Source of the DNA: an uncultured Chloroflexia bacterium
GTDB lineage: Bacteria > Chloroflexota > Limnocylindria > Limnocylindrales > CSP1-4
Length of the DNA: 64,000 nt
Assembly: GCA_963743855.1 (NCBI GenBank)
Contig: CAVURK010000006.1
Location: 36,234-100,233 of the forward strand
Direction: 5' to 3'
How positions within the stretch are numbered: the stretch's first letter is position 1; every line of letters starts with the position of its first letter. Positions 33,486 through 43,167 of this stretch are shown here, in pieces. The notes beneath the pieces were generated by a model. The model was not told the origin of the DNA, did not search any database, and saw only the letters and a list, made by a program, of their open reading frames with translations. The position numbers were made by a program, and so were the translations under genes.

Positions 33486-34719
33486 GGGGCAGCCGGACCC
33501 GGATCGAGGTCCCGCCGCCGGCCGGCGTCCCGGTCGGTGAATCGGCGCTGATCTCGCCGCCGTGGGCGACCACGAGCTGGCGGGCGATCGCCAGGCCGAG
33601 CCCCGAGCCGGCCGAATCGTCGCCCTTCGCGAAGCGATCGAACACGTGTCCCAGGAGCGCCGGATCGATCCCGCTGCCCGTGTCGCGGACCTCGAGGCAC
33701 AGCCAGCGGCCGTCCTCGACCGACCCGAAGACCGTGACCCGGCCGCCGCTCGGCGTGTGACGCAGGGCGTTGGCCACGAGGTTCGACAGCACTTCGCGGA
33801 TGCGGACCGGGTCGACCTCGACGATCGGGAGGTCGCCGTCGATCGCTGCCGCGACATCGACGCCGGCGGCGCTCGCGGCGGGCTCGAACGAGCGGACGAC
33901 ATCGCCGACGAGGACGTCGGGGTCGGTCGGCTCGGGATGGAGCGCCAGCGTCCCGGCCTCGGACAGCGCGAGCGTTCGGAGGTCGTCGATCAGCCGCCCG
34001 AGGACCCGTGTCTCGTCGAGGATGACCCCGAGATGTGCGGCGTCGGGCGGATAGACACCGTCGACGATCGCCTCGAGATTCCCCTGGACGACGGTCAGCG
34101 GCGTCCGCAGCTCGTGGCTGATGTCGGCCAGCAGCGTCCGGCGCTGCGTCTCGTCGGTCTCGAGCCGCGAGATCATCGTGTCGAAACCGTCGGTCAGCTG
34201 GCTCACCACGCGAAGACCGCCCGTCGAGCGTGAACGGACGTCGACGCGAACCGAGTAGTCGCCGGCCTCGACCCGGCTCGTGGCATCGACCAGCCGGTCG
34301 AGCGTCCGGGCCGTCAGGAACAGGGTCCGGCCCATCCCGACCAGCACCCCGATGACGACCGCGAGGGCCACCAGCCCGGGCACCGGCCCGAGCTGCGAGA
34401 CGACGATCGTCATCCCGGCGACCAGCGAACCGATCACGAACAGGAAGAGCAGGCCGAAGATGCAGCCGAACCCGCGCCAGCGCGCCCACGGTGGACGGGC
34501 GTCGATCCCGCCGCGCGCCATCTCCTCCATCCGGTGGCGGCGCCATTCCTCGCGAGCCGTCCGCATGTCCCCCCGCCGCAGCCGTCCCCAGCCGGCCTGC
34601 GCCGACTCCCATTCGCTCGGCGTCCAGCCCGGCGGCGGTGGCGTGGCCGGGCGCCCGCGGCGGGGCGGCCATCCTCCGGTCCCGGCGGGTCGCGGATCCT
34701 CGCCGTCGCCCTCGGACAT
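33472..34719 (-). CDS. HAMP sensor histidine kinase with two close TM helices (intramembrane-sensing, BaeS-like)
   Basis: Two adjacent TMs, DISHELRTPL, NLVANALRH, DTGSGI, GSGLGLAI. Confidence 0.9.
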   Translation of the reverse strand: MSEGDGEDPRPAGTGGWPPRRGRPATPPPPGWTPSEWESAQAGWGRLRRGDMRTAREEWRRHRMEEMARGGIDARPPWARWRGFGCIFGLLFLFVIGSLVAGMTIVVSQLGPVPGLVALAVVIGVLVGMGRTLFLTARTLDRLVDATSRVEAGDYSVRVDVRSRSTGGLRVVSQLTDGFDTMISRLETDETQRRTLLADISHELRTPLTVVQGNLEAIVDGVYPPDAAHLGVILDETRVLGRLIDDLRTLALSEAGTLALHPEPTDPDVLVGDVVRSFEPAASAAGVDVAAAIDGDLPIVEVDPVRIREVLSNLVANALRHTPSGGRVTVFGSVEDGRWLCLEVRDTGSGIDPALLGHVFDRFAKGDDSAGSGLGLAIARQLVVAHGGEISADSPTGTPAGGGTSIRVRLPLTGG

Positions 34720-35411
34720 CAGTCGGCCGCCCGATCGTCGGCGAACCGATAGCCGACGCCGTAGACGGTCAGGATGTAGCGCGGCCGGCGCGGGTCCGGC
34801 TCGACCTTGCGGCGCAGGTTCTTGACGTGTGAGTCGATGGCGCGCTCGTAGGTCTCGAAGGCGATCCCGTGGAGCGCGTCGAGCAGCTGTGCGCGGGTGA
34901 AGATCCGCCCGGGCCGCGCCGCCATCGTGGCCAGGAGCTGGAATTCGGTCGGGGTCAGGTCGACCACCGTGCCCTCGACCTCCGCCCGCATCCGCGGCAG
35001 GTCGAGGACGACGTCGCCGGCCCGGATCGTCTCGGCCGCCTCGGGCGCCCGATCGGCGCGGCGCAGGACGGCCCGGACGCGCGCGACGAGCTCGCGCGGG
35101 CTGAATGGCTTGGTCAGGTAGTCGTCGGCCCCGAGCTCGAGCCCGAGGAGCTTGTCGAGCTCGTCGTCACGGGCCGTCAGCATGACGATCGGGATCGTCG
35201 AGCTGCGGCGGAGCTCGCGGGTGACATCGAGGCCGTCGAGACCGGGCAGCCCGAGGTCGAGGACGACGAGGTCGGGCCGACGCTGGCGGATCGTGGCCAG
35301 CGCGCTCGGGCCGTCTCCGGCGGTCAGCACGGCGAAGCCGGCGTGCTCGAGATAGTCCCGGGCGAGCGTGGCGATCTTGGGTTCGTCGTCGACGACGAGG
35401 ATGGTCTTCAT
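34719..35411 (-). CDS. OmpR-family response regulator
   Basis: ILVVDDE, VVLDLGLP, GADDYLTKPFSPREL, RAIDSHVKNLRRK..TVYGVGY. Confidence 0.93.
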   Translation of the reverse strand: MKTILVVDDEPKIATLARDYLEHAGFAVLTAGDGPSALATIRQRRPDLVVLDLGLPGLDGLDVTRELRRSSTIPIVMLTARDDELDKLLGLELGADDYLTKPFSPRELVARVRAVLRRADRAPEAAETIRAGDVVLDLPRMRAEVEGTVVDLTPTEFQLLATMAARPGRIFTRAQLLDALHGIAFETYERAIDSHVKNLRRKVEPDPRRPRYILTVYGVGYRFADDRAAD

Positions 35412-35433
35412 CGGTCGCATCGTAGAGCGGGAA

Positions 35434-35461
35434 GCGCCCCCGGACGAGGGTCCGGGGGCGC
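35434..35461 (-). terminator. perfect 12-bp hairpin after the 35482 gene
   Basis: Minus strand gcgcccccggac-cctc-gtccgggggcgc followed by ttccc. Confidence 0.6.
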
Positions 35462-35481
35462 GGGGAGTGGGGGAGAGCCGA

Positions 35482-35943
35482 TCAGGACGGGCTGGCCGGA
35501 TCGGTCGGCGGCGTCGGCGTCGGCGGGTCAGAGTGAGCCCGGCGGTGCCAGTCGTCGAATGTGTCGTGCGCTCGGGATTCCCACGGGGAACGGTCGTTGG
35601 CGTAGGTGCCCTGACCGCCGGGTCCTCCCCACCCGCCCGGACCCCAGCCGCCACGACGGCCGGGGCCGCCGCGCCAGAAGATGGCCCGGATGAGCGCGAA
35701 GACGATGAACAGGAAGAAGAGGGTGCCGAACAACCAGAACAGCCCGAACCCGAAGCCGAACGGGTGCCAGCCGATGCCGTAGCCATAAGCGGGGACGACG
35801 ACGGGGGTGACGACCGTGCCACCGCTCGTGGTGGTGGTCGTCACGGCGGTGCTCAGGCCGGCCTGGTAGGCCGTGTTGGCGATGATCCCGCCGCCGATCG
35901 CGAGGACGGCGATGAGAAGGATGGCGGCGATGACTCGACGCAT
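35482..35943 (-). CDS. small membrane protein with Gly/Trp-rich tail, typical of two-component-linked genes
   Basis: SD AAGGAG; N-terminal TM, AYQAG, second TM (FGLFWLFGTLFFLFIVFALIR), FDDWHRRAH. Confidence 0.75.
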   Translation of the reverse strand: MRRVIAAILLIAVLAIGGGIIANTAYQAGLSTAVTTTTTSGGTVVTPVVVPAYGYGIGWHPFGFGFGLFWLFGTLFFLFIVFALIRAIFWRGGPGRRGGWGPGGWGGPGGQGTYANDRSPWESRAHDTFDDWHRRAHSDPPTPTPPTDPASPS

Positions 35944-35998
35944 GTGGTGTGGGCTCCTTTGTCCGTGTGCAGGGATCCGACTCGGATCTGTTGAGGGC

Positions 35999-36031
35999 AT
36001 CCTCGTCTCCGGTTGTGGAGCCGATGTGGAG
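35999..36031 (-). promoter_or_regulatory. OmpR-type direct repeat promoter CTCCACA-N4-CTCCACA-N9-GAGGAT
   Basis: Plus strand tgtggag at 36014-36020 and 36025-36031 (11-bp period). Confidence 0.6.
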
Positions 36032-36061
36032 GCGGGATGGCGGTCTGCGCGCCGTCGGTGG

Positions 36062-36092
36062 TCTTGACAGTGATACGTCCCACTGGCAAGAT
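36062..36092 (+). promoter_or_regulatory. leaderless promoter of the MerR gene with an overlapping inverted repeat
   Basis: TTGACA 36064-36069, 17 nt, CAAGAT 36087-36092, GTG at 36099; inverted repeat tcttgacagtg-N8-cactggcaaga. Confidence 0.65.
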
Positions 36093-36098
36093 AGCGGC

Positions 36099-36671
36099 GT
36101 GCCAGAGGACGAACGCTACTCCCTCACCGAGCTCGCGGATCTTGCCGGGGTGACTCCCCGGACGGTCCGCTTCTATCTCGCGCAGGGCCTGCTCCCGGCG
36201 GTGGGTCAGAGCGGACCGGGCAGCAAGTACGACGCGGACCACCTCGCACGGCTGCGCCTGATCCGGCGTCTCCAGGCCGAGCATCTGCCGCTGGCCGAGA
36301 TCCGACGCCGGCTCGACGACCTCGATCCCGGCGACATCCGCGACCTGGTCGGCGATCCGGTACCGCCACCACCGCCGGATTCGGCGCTCGAGTACCTGCG
36401 GACGGTCCTCGCGGCTCCGGCGCCGGCTCGCATGCGACCGACACGGCGAGTCGTCCCGACGGGTGCTGCCGACGCCAGCGTGACGGACGGCGCGCCACCA
36501 GCCGAACCACCGGCCGCGGGTGCCCCCATCGAACGCTCCCAGTGGGAGCGGATCGTGCTCGCGCCCGATGTCGAGCTCCATCTCCGCCGGCCGCTGTCGC
36601 GCGCCCAGAACAAACAGGTCGACCGCCTCGTGACGATCGCCCGTGAGCTCCTCGAGGAGGACCGACCATGA
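36099..36671 (+). CDS. MerR-family HTH transcriptional regulator
   Basis: YSLTELADLAGVTPRTVRFYLAQGLLP..YDADHLARLRLIRRLQ..LAEIR; C-terminal WERIVLAPDVELHLR. Confidence 0.88.
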   Translation: MPEDERYSLTELADLAGVTPRTVRFYLAQGLLPAVGQSGPGSKYDADHLARLRLIRRLQAEHLPLAEIRRRLDDLDPGDIRDLVGDPVPPPPPDSALEYLRTVLAAPAPARMRPTRRVVPTGAADASVTDGAPPAEPPAAGAPIERSQWERIVLAPDVELHLRRPLSRAQNKQVDRLVTIARELLEEDRP

Positions 36672-37962
36672 CGACCCGGACCACTACAACCTTCAGCGTC
36701 CGCCAGGACCGCCGCCTGATCCGCGCGACGGCCCACAGCCAGCGGTTCCTGCTCGCGACCATCGTCGCGCCACCGGCCGTCGCCGAACGCGCCCGCCCAC
36801 CGGTCAACCTCGCGATCGTGCTCGACCGCTCGGGGTCGATGTCCGGCGACAAGCTCCGTGTCGCCAAGGCAGCCGTCGCGGAGGCGATCGCCCGTCTCGG
36901 GCCGGACGACCGGTTCAGCGTCGTCGCCTACGACGACGTGGTCGAGGTCGTGATCGCATCGACGGCCGCGGCCGGCGAATCGCGCCGGGCCGCGCTCGAG
37001 CGCCTCGGGACGATCGCGGCGCGTGGCAGCACGAACCTCGGGGAGGGCTGGCTGCGCGGCTGCGAGCAGGTCGCCGGCCATCTCCTGGAGCCGTGGCATC
37101 AACCGCTGCCTGCTCCTGACGGACGGCCTCGCCAACGTCGGGATCACCGACTCGGACGAGCTTGCCCGCCATGCCGGGGAGCTTCGCGCGCGCGGCGTCT
37201 CGACCTCGACATTCGGCGTCGGCAACGACTTCGACGAGCGGCTTCTCCAGTCGCTCGCCGATGCCGGCGGCGGCCATTTCTATTACATCGCCGACGCCCC
37301 GCAGATCGCGGACGCGATCACGTCCGAGGTGGGCGAGACGCTCGAGGTCGTGGCCCGCGACGTCGTCCTTGATGTCACCGCAAGAGACGACATCCGGATC
37401 GAGCCGATCAGCCCGTACCCGGCCAGCGGGCACGGCAATCGGACGACGATCGCGCTCGGCGACCTTGCCTCCGAGCAGGCCGTCGAGGTCGTCCTCCGCC
37501 TCTCGTTCCCGTACGGCGACCTCGGTCGTGAGACCGGGGCCATCGTCGCCGTGACGGATCGCGACGGGACGTTCGCCGCTGGCGGGCTCGGCGAGACCGA
37601 GCCGGTCCGGTTGACCTGGAGCTACGCCGACCACGACGCCAACGACCGCCAGTCGCGTGATCGCGACGTCGATCGGGCGGTCGCTCGGCTCTTCGCCGCC
37701 AGGGCTCGACAGGACGCGGTCCAGCGCAATCGCGGCGGTGACTTCGTCCATGCACGCGCGGCGCTCACCGCCACCGCGCAGCGCATCCGCTCCTACGCGG
37801 GCGACGACGAGGTGATGCGGAGCCTGGTGGACGCCCTCGAGGGCGAAGCGCCGATGTTCTCGAGGACGATGGCCGAGCCGGCGTTGAAGCGAGGCTCATT
37901 ACGCGAGCGCCAACCTCCTGCGCAGTCGCGATGGGCAGGGCAGGTCGCTCAGGCGAGGATGA
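36668..37962 (+). CDS. von Willebrand factor A domain protein (frameshifts near 37091 and 37890)
   Basis: MIDAS motif VLDRSGSM, GSTNL, LLTDGLAN, FGVGNDFDE..GGGHFYYI; ATGA overlap with the MerR stop; no signal peptide. Confidence 0.88.
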
Positions 37963-37980
37963 CTCTCCCTATGTCAGCGA

Positions 37981-37999
37981 GATCGGCGTGTCGCCGATC
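37981..37999 (+). terminator. hairpin after the vWA gene
   Basis: gatcggcg-tgt-cgccgatc, perfect 8-bp stem. Confidence 0.4.
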
Positions 38000-38102
38000 G
38001 TGCCTTGAGCGCTTGATTCGCGGCGTATAGTCCGCGTCGAGGGACGTCCGATACCGTTCTGCCAGTGCCCGGCAGCGGACGTCCACACGTGGGAGGGCGT
38101 TC

Positions 38103-38741
38103 ATGACAATCGAGCAGATCATCGTCGGGCTACTGGCGATCGGCATCGGCCTCGCCTGGGCGTTCTACGGACTGAAGCTGTTCACGATCCTGCTCCCGAT
38201 CTGGGCCTTCTTCTTCGGTCTGATCGCGGGTGCCCAGTGGAGCGCCGACATCTTCGGGCAAGGCTTCTTCTCGACGGTCCTGTCGTGGGGCATCGGGCTC
38301 GTCTTCGGGCTCGTGCTCGCGGCGATCTCGTACTTCTGGTACTACGCCGCGATCGTCATCCTGGGCGGTGCGGTCGGCTACGCGCTCGGGGTCGGCTTCT
38401 TCGACTGGCTCGGGCTCGGGACCGGGGTCATCGTCGTGATCATCGGCCTGATCATCGGGGCGATCTTCGCCATCGGGACGTTCATGCTCGGCGTGCCGAT
38501 CCTGCTGGTCATGGTCTTCTCGGCGTTCAGCGGAGCGGCGGCCGTGGTCAACGGCGTCCTGATCCTGTTCGGGACGATCAAGCTCGAGACGCTCAACCAG
38601 GGCATCTTCGGTGCGCTGTTCACCCAGGGGATCGTCGGCACTGTGATCTTCCTGGTGCTCGGCGCGGCCGCGCTGTTCTACCAGATGCGCGATGTCGGCC
38701 AGACGATCACCTCGATCGACCGGAGCGCCTACCGCTACTAG
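38103..38741 (+). CDS. DUF4203 / TM7S3-TM198-like multi-pass membrane protein
   Basis: About 7 Gly-rich TM helices, [14 protein letters not shown]; SD GGGAGG. Confidence 0.75.
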   Translation: MTIEQIIVGLLAIGIGLAWAFYGLKLFTILLPIWAFFFGLIAGAQWSADIFGQGFFSTVLSWGIGLVFGLVLAAISYFWYYAAIVILGGAVGYALGVGFFDWLGLGTGVIVVIIGLIIGAIFAIGTFMLGVPILLVMVFSAFSGAAAVVNGVLILFGTIKLETLNQGIFGALFTQGIVGTVIFLVLGAAALFYQMRDVGQTITSIDRSAYRY

Positions 38742-38748
38742 GCGCGTC

Positions 38749-40273
38749 ATGGACCAGCGGTCGCTCGTCGCCGCCATCGACCAGGGGACGACGAGCAGCC
38801 GCTGCATCCTGTTCGACCGCGCGGGGCGACCGGTCGCCGGTCATCAGCTGGAACATCGCCAGATCACGCCGCGACCCGGCTGGGTCGAGCACGACGCCGA
38901 CGAGATCCTCGAGCGCGTGCAGACCTGCGTCCGGGTCGCGTTGCGCGAGGCCGGCGCGGATGCCGGGACTCTTGCAGCGGTCGGCATCAGCAACCAGCGT
39001 GAGACGACCGTGGTCTGGTCGCGCCGGACCGGACGCCCGGTCGCGCCCGCGATCGTCTGGCAGGACACCCGGACGGCGGCCGCCGGCGATCGTCTTGCGG
39101 CTGCCGGCACGGGCGGGGCAGACCGCTTTCGTTCCCTGACCGGGCTGCCCATCTCGACCTACTCCTCGGCGCTTGAAGCTCGCCGCGATCCTCGAGGCGG
39201 GCGGTCCTGACCGGCGCGCCGCGGCCGAGGCCGGCGAGCTCCTGTTCGGGACCATCGACACGTGGCTGATCTGGCAGCTGACCGGCGGCGTCGATCGCGG
39301 CGTCCATGTCACCGATGTCACGAACGCCTCACGGACGATGCTGATGGGTCTGGCCTCCCTGGCCTGGGAGCCCGAGCTGCTCGATGCCGTCGGCGTCCCC
39401 GCGGCGATGCTGCCCGATATCCGCTCGTCATCGGAGGTCTACGGGCACGGGGTGGGGGACCTGGTCGGCGTCCCGATCGCCGGCGACCTCGGCGACCAGC
39501 AGGCGGCGCTGTTCGGGCAGACCTGTTTCGAGCCCGGTCAGCTCAAGTGCACCTACGGCACGGGTTGTTTCATGCTGATGCACACCGGCGAGCAGCCGGT
39601 CGCCTCGCGTCATGGGCTGATCACGACGGTCGCGGCGCGGCTCGGCGAGGGTCCCGCGACATACGCGCTTGAGGGTTCGGTCGCCGTCGCGGGAGCCCTG
39701 ATCGGCTGGCTGCGCGACAACCTCGGGATCATCGGCGACGCGTCCGAGGTCGAGGCGCTCGCACGGTCCGTGCCGGACAGCGGCGACGTCGTCTTCGTGC
39801 CGGCCTTCTCCGGGCTGTTCGCGCCGCACTGGCGGAGCGACGCCCGCGGCGTCATCGCCGGGCTGACGCGCTACGCGACCCGCGGGCACATCGCCCGCGC
39901 GGCGCTCGAGGCGACCGCCTACCAGGTCAACGACCTCGGGGTCGCGATGGTCGCCGATCTCGAGCGCGACCTGCCGGGCGAGCTGCGGGTCGACGGCGGG
40001 ATGATCGGCAACGAGCTGTTGATGCAGTTCCAGGCCGATATCCTCGGGCGACCGGTCGTGGCGCCGCGGATCGCCGAGACGACCGCCCTGGGGGCCGCCT
40101 ACGCGGCCGGCCTGGCCGTCGGGTTCTGGAGCGGCCTCGACGAGCTGCGGGCGATGGACCAGCCGGGCCGTCGCTGGGAGCCGGACATGGACGAGGCGAC
40201 CCGCGCCGCCGGGATCGCCCGCTGGCACAAGGGCGTCGAGCGGACGCTCGGCTGGGTCGAGCCCGGCTCGTAG
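38749..40273 (+). CDS. glpK: glycerol kinase (frameshift near 39173)
   Basis: [82 protein letters not shown]. Confidence 0.93.
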
Positions 40274-40293
40274 GCGGAGCGGGCGGTCCGCCG

Positions 40294-40977
40294 TCAACCC
40301 GGGGCGAGGACGTCCGCGATATCGAACAGGCTCTCGACGACGGCGCCCGCCCCGGCGCCTGCGAGCGCGGCGGCGTCGACGGCCGCTCCGGCGGTGACCC
40401 CGATCGGCAGCATCGCGGCTGCGACGGCCGCGACCATGTCCCAGGTCGAGTCGCCGACGTACCAGCAGCGCTCGGGCTCGACGCCGAGCTGTTTCGCTGC
40501 GAGCAGCAGCAGATCGGGTTCCGGCTTGGCGTGTTCGACGTGGCTGGCATCGACGATGGTCGGCTCCCGGTCGAGCCCGAGGGCCGCCACCGACGCGGCG
40601 ACCTGTGCCTTCCGGCTCGAGGTCGCGATCGCCCATCGAAGCCCGCCACGCTCGATCGTTTCGACGAGCTCGCGGACACCCGGCAGCGGGCGAGGCGCGC
40701 GATTGAGCCGCTCGTAGCGCTCGCCGGACAGGCGATCGATCTCCTCGGCGCGACTGTCGTCGACCGGCGTCCCGCTGAGCGCTGCGATCTCGCGGACGAG
40801 CCGACGTCCGTCGAGACCGATCAACGGCGCCAGGCGCTGACGGGTCGTCGGGAGCCCAACCTCGGCCAGGGCGTCGAGCCACGCGGCTATCCGCGTCTCG
40901 ACCGTATCGATGAGCGTCCCGTCGAGATCGAACAGGACCGCCGCGGGATGAGGCAGGCCCGTGAGTCCGGTCGGCAT
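40294..40977 (-). CDS. HAD-superfamily hydrolase (phosphoglycolate phosphatase-like)
   Basis: LFDLDGTLID, IATSS, AKPEPD, YVGDSTWD. Confidence 0.88.
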   Translation of the reverse strand: MPTGLTGLPHPAAVLFDLDGTLIDTVETRIAAWLDALAEVGLPTTRQRLAPLIGLDGRRLVREIAALSGTPVDDSRAEEIDRLSGERYERLNRAPRPLPGVRELVETIERGGLRWAIATSSRKAQVAASVAALGLDREPTIVDASHVEHAKPEPDLLLLAAKQLGVEPERCWYVGDSTWDMVAAVAAAMLPIGVTAGAAVDAAALAGAGAGAVVESLFDIADVLAPG

Positions 40978-40981
40978 CGGG

Positions 40982-42398
40982 CTACCGCCGCGCTGGCCAG
41001 AAGGCGCTGATGCCGACGGTCACGACGCGCGTCTCGGAGCCATCGGCGCGGATGCTGGTGAGATGGACGACCCCGTCCGCGCCGACCAGCGGCAGGACGA
41101 TCGACGCGCCATCGGGCGACCAGAGGTGGTGGCTGAGGGCGTACTGGTCGAAGTAGGGGAGGAGCTGCTGGACGAAGGCGTCCGAGACCTGCACGGATTT
41201 CTGGGATCGGATGACCCCGGATCCACTGGTCACGAAGACGAGCCGGAGCGGAACCCCGGGCACCGCCGCCGGGGCGGCGACTAGTGCCGTTGGTGACGCT
41301 GCGGCACTGCGTCCTCGCCAGCACGATGCCGCCGTCACGCGCGATGTTGTCGTCGCCGGGCTGCGCGACCTGGAGCGCCGCGAGGGTCGCCCCGTCCGGC
41401 GACCAGAAGAAGCCCACGACCGAGTCCGCGAGGAGGGTCCGGACAGCACCGGTCGGGGCATCGATCAGCCGCAGCGGCCCGATGGGCAGGCCAACGGCGC
41501 GTCCGGGGGCGCCGGGGGCGATGAACGCCAGCTCGTCGCCGGTCGGCCCGAAATCGAGGGCGGTCGTCCCGAAGACGGCGATTGCATGCCGCGTCGCGCC
41601 GTCGGTCGACTCCACGACCACCTGCTCGGGCGACCCCGGGCTGGTGAAGGCCCGGAATCGTGCGTCGGCCGTGACCGCGGGGACCCGGAAGCTGCCCGGT
41701 GTGACAGCACTCCGCTCGAGCGCGGCGCCGTCGAGCCCGATGGTGCCGAAGAAGCCGTCGCCGCCCTCCACCCCGCTGTGGACGATCAGATGGTCCGGCC
41801 CCGCCCACGCCCAGTAGAGCGGCGAGCCCGACTGGATCTGGGTCGCGGGGCCGGTTGCGTCGGCCGGCGCGATGCGCAGCGCGAGACCGGTCGGCTCGGT
41901 CGTCAGGAACGCCAGCCGGCGGCCGTCCGGCGCCCAGTAGAGGTAGAACGGCGGCCGGTCGGCGCTGTGGTAGAGGATGACCGGGTCGGTCGCCGCGCCC
42001 CCGTTCGTCGATGGCGTGAAGACGTAGACCGCCGCGTCTACCGCGGTCGTGCCGACGACCGCGATCCGCGATCCGTCGGGCGACCAGGCCGGGAAGCTGA
42101 ACTGCGTGCCCGGCCCTCCGATCGCGGTCATCCCGCTCCCGGTCGCGTCCATCGTCAGGAGGTGGCCATCGGGATCGATGACGGCGAGCCGTGGGACGGT
42201 GTCGGTCGTGAGGGCCGCCGTCGATCGCGGGACCGTGTCCGGCTGCACCGTGACCACGCCGCGACCCGAGATGAAGGCGAGGAAGACCATGGAGACGACG
42301 AGCGCGAGGACGATCGCGACCTGGATGATCCGTCGGCCGCGCCCGGGCGGCACGGGCGGTTCCACGTCCGGTCCCTGGAGCTCGACGGGTTCGATCAC
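40982..42398 (-). CDS. membrane-anchored TolB/PD40-like beta-propeller protein (frameshift near 41316)
   Basis: N-terminal TM; repeated PAWSPDG, WAPDG, FWSPDG and LWSPDG; QLLPYFDQYA. Confidence 0.8.
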
Positions 42399-42502
42399 CC
42401 GCCAACGATACGGGACCTTGCCGACACCGGCCGTTGACGTCCCGATGTAGCATCGCGTCGCGCCGCGCGATGTGTCGCGGCCCAAGGAGGGCGACAGCCA
42501 CT

Positions 42503-42820
42503 GTGGCGACACGCAAGCGGAAGACCGTCTACCCACCGGCCCGGACCGACACCAAGCCGGCCCCCCGCGCCGGAGCAGGGCCCGAACCATACATTCGCCC
42601 CACGGTGGCGACGATCGACCTGAATGCCGGGAACGGCCGGGCCGGATTGTCGGTGGGTGACCGGGTCAGGATCGCGGGTGGCGGTCTGTACGCCGGCGAG
42701 GCCGCAGTCATCGAGAAGCTGACCGCGGGTGTCATCCCGGCGGCTCTTGTCCGCACCGAGGCCGGCCGGACGCGCCAGGTCCGGACCATCGACCTGGAGC
42801 CGATCGCCCGCGACGGTTGA
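42503..42820 (+). CDS. small basic protein with KOW/SH3-like C-terminus
   Basis: SD AAGGAGG then GTG; VGDRVRIAGGGLYAGEAAVIE resembles a KOW motif. Confidence 0.65.
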   Translation: MATRKRKTVYPPARTDTKPAPRAGAGPEPYIRPTVATIDLNAGNGRAGLSVGDRVRIAGGGLYAGEAAVIEKLTAGVIPAALVRTEAGRTRQVRTIDLEPIARDG

Positions 42821-42869
42821 TCGTCCGCGTCGCGTGATCGCCCGGGTCGCGTGATCGCCCGCGGGCCCG
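42802..42869. repeat. 17-bp tandem repeat, 4 degenerate copies
   Basis: gatcg units begin at 42802, 42819, 42836 and 42853; the 16-mer gtcgcgtgatcgcccg is exact at 42829 and 42846. Confidence 0.6.
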
Positions 42870-43167
42870 TGCGGGCGACCCGGCGGTCCTGTCCGCGCTG
42901 AGGGTCCTATCGCCACTGGTACATTCGGACCGTGGCCCTGTGATGTCGGTTGTCGCACGTTTGCGCCAGACGAGTGCAGTCCGCTGGACTGCCCGGCCGG
43001 GGCCCGGTTCTTCGTCGTCGGAGGGATCACGGTGGGAGGCACCAAAGGATCGACCGAGCGGCCCGGGACCGCGCGTTCGATCCGGGCGTCAGCCGTGACG
43101 ACGAGACCGACACCGTACCGGCACGCCCGTAGCCTGCGGTGTCTTCGATCTGCAGGAGTGCTCCCTG

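Noticed and set aside
42802-42869. Possible CRISPR array
   Set aside because: Contiguous 17-bp tandem units with no unique spacers, and no cas genes.
42950-43132. Small ORF or signalling peptide upstream of the GGDEF gene
   Set aside because: No good start and SD pairing, no hydrophobic signal segment, and the frame is ambiguous.
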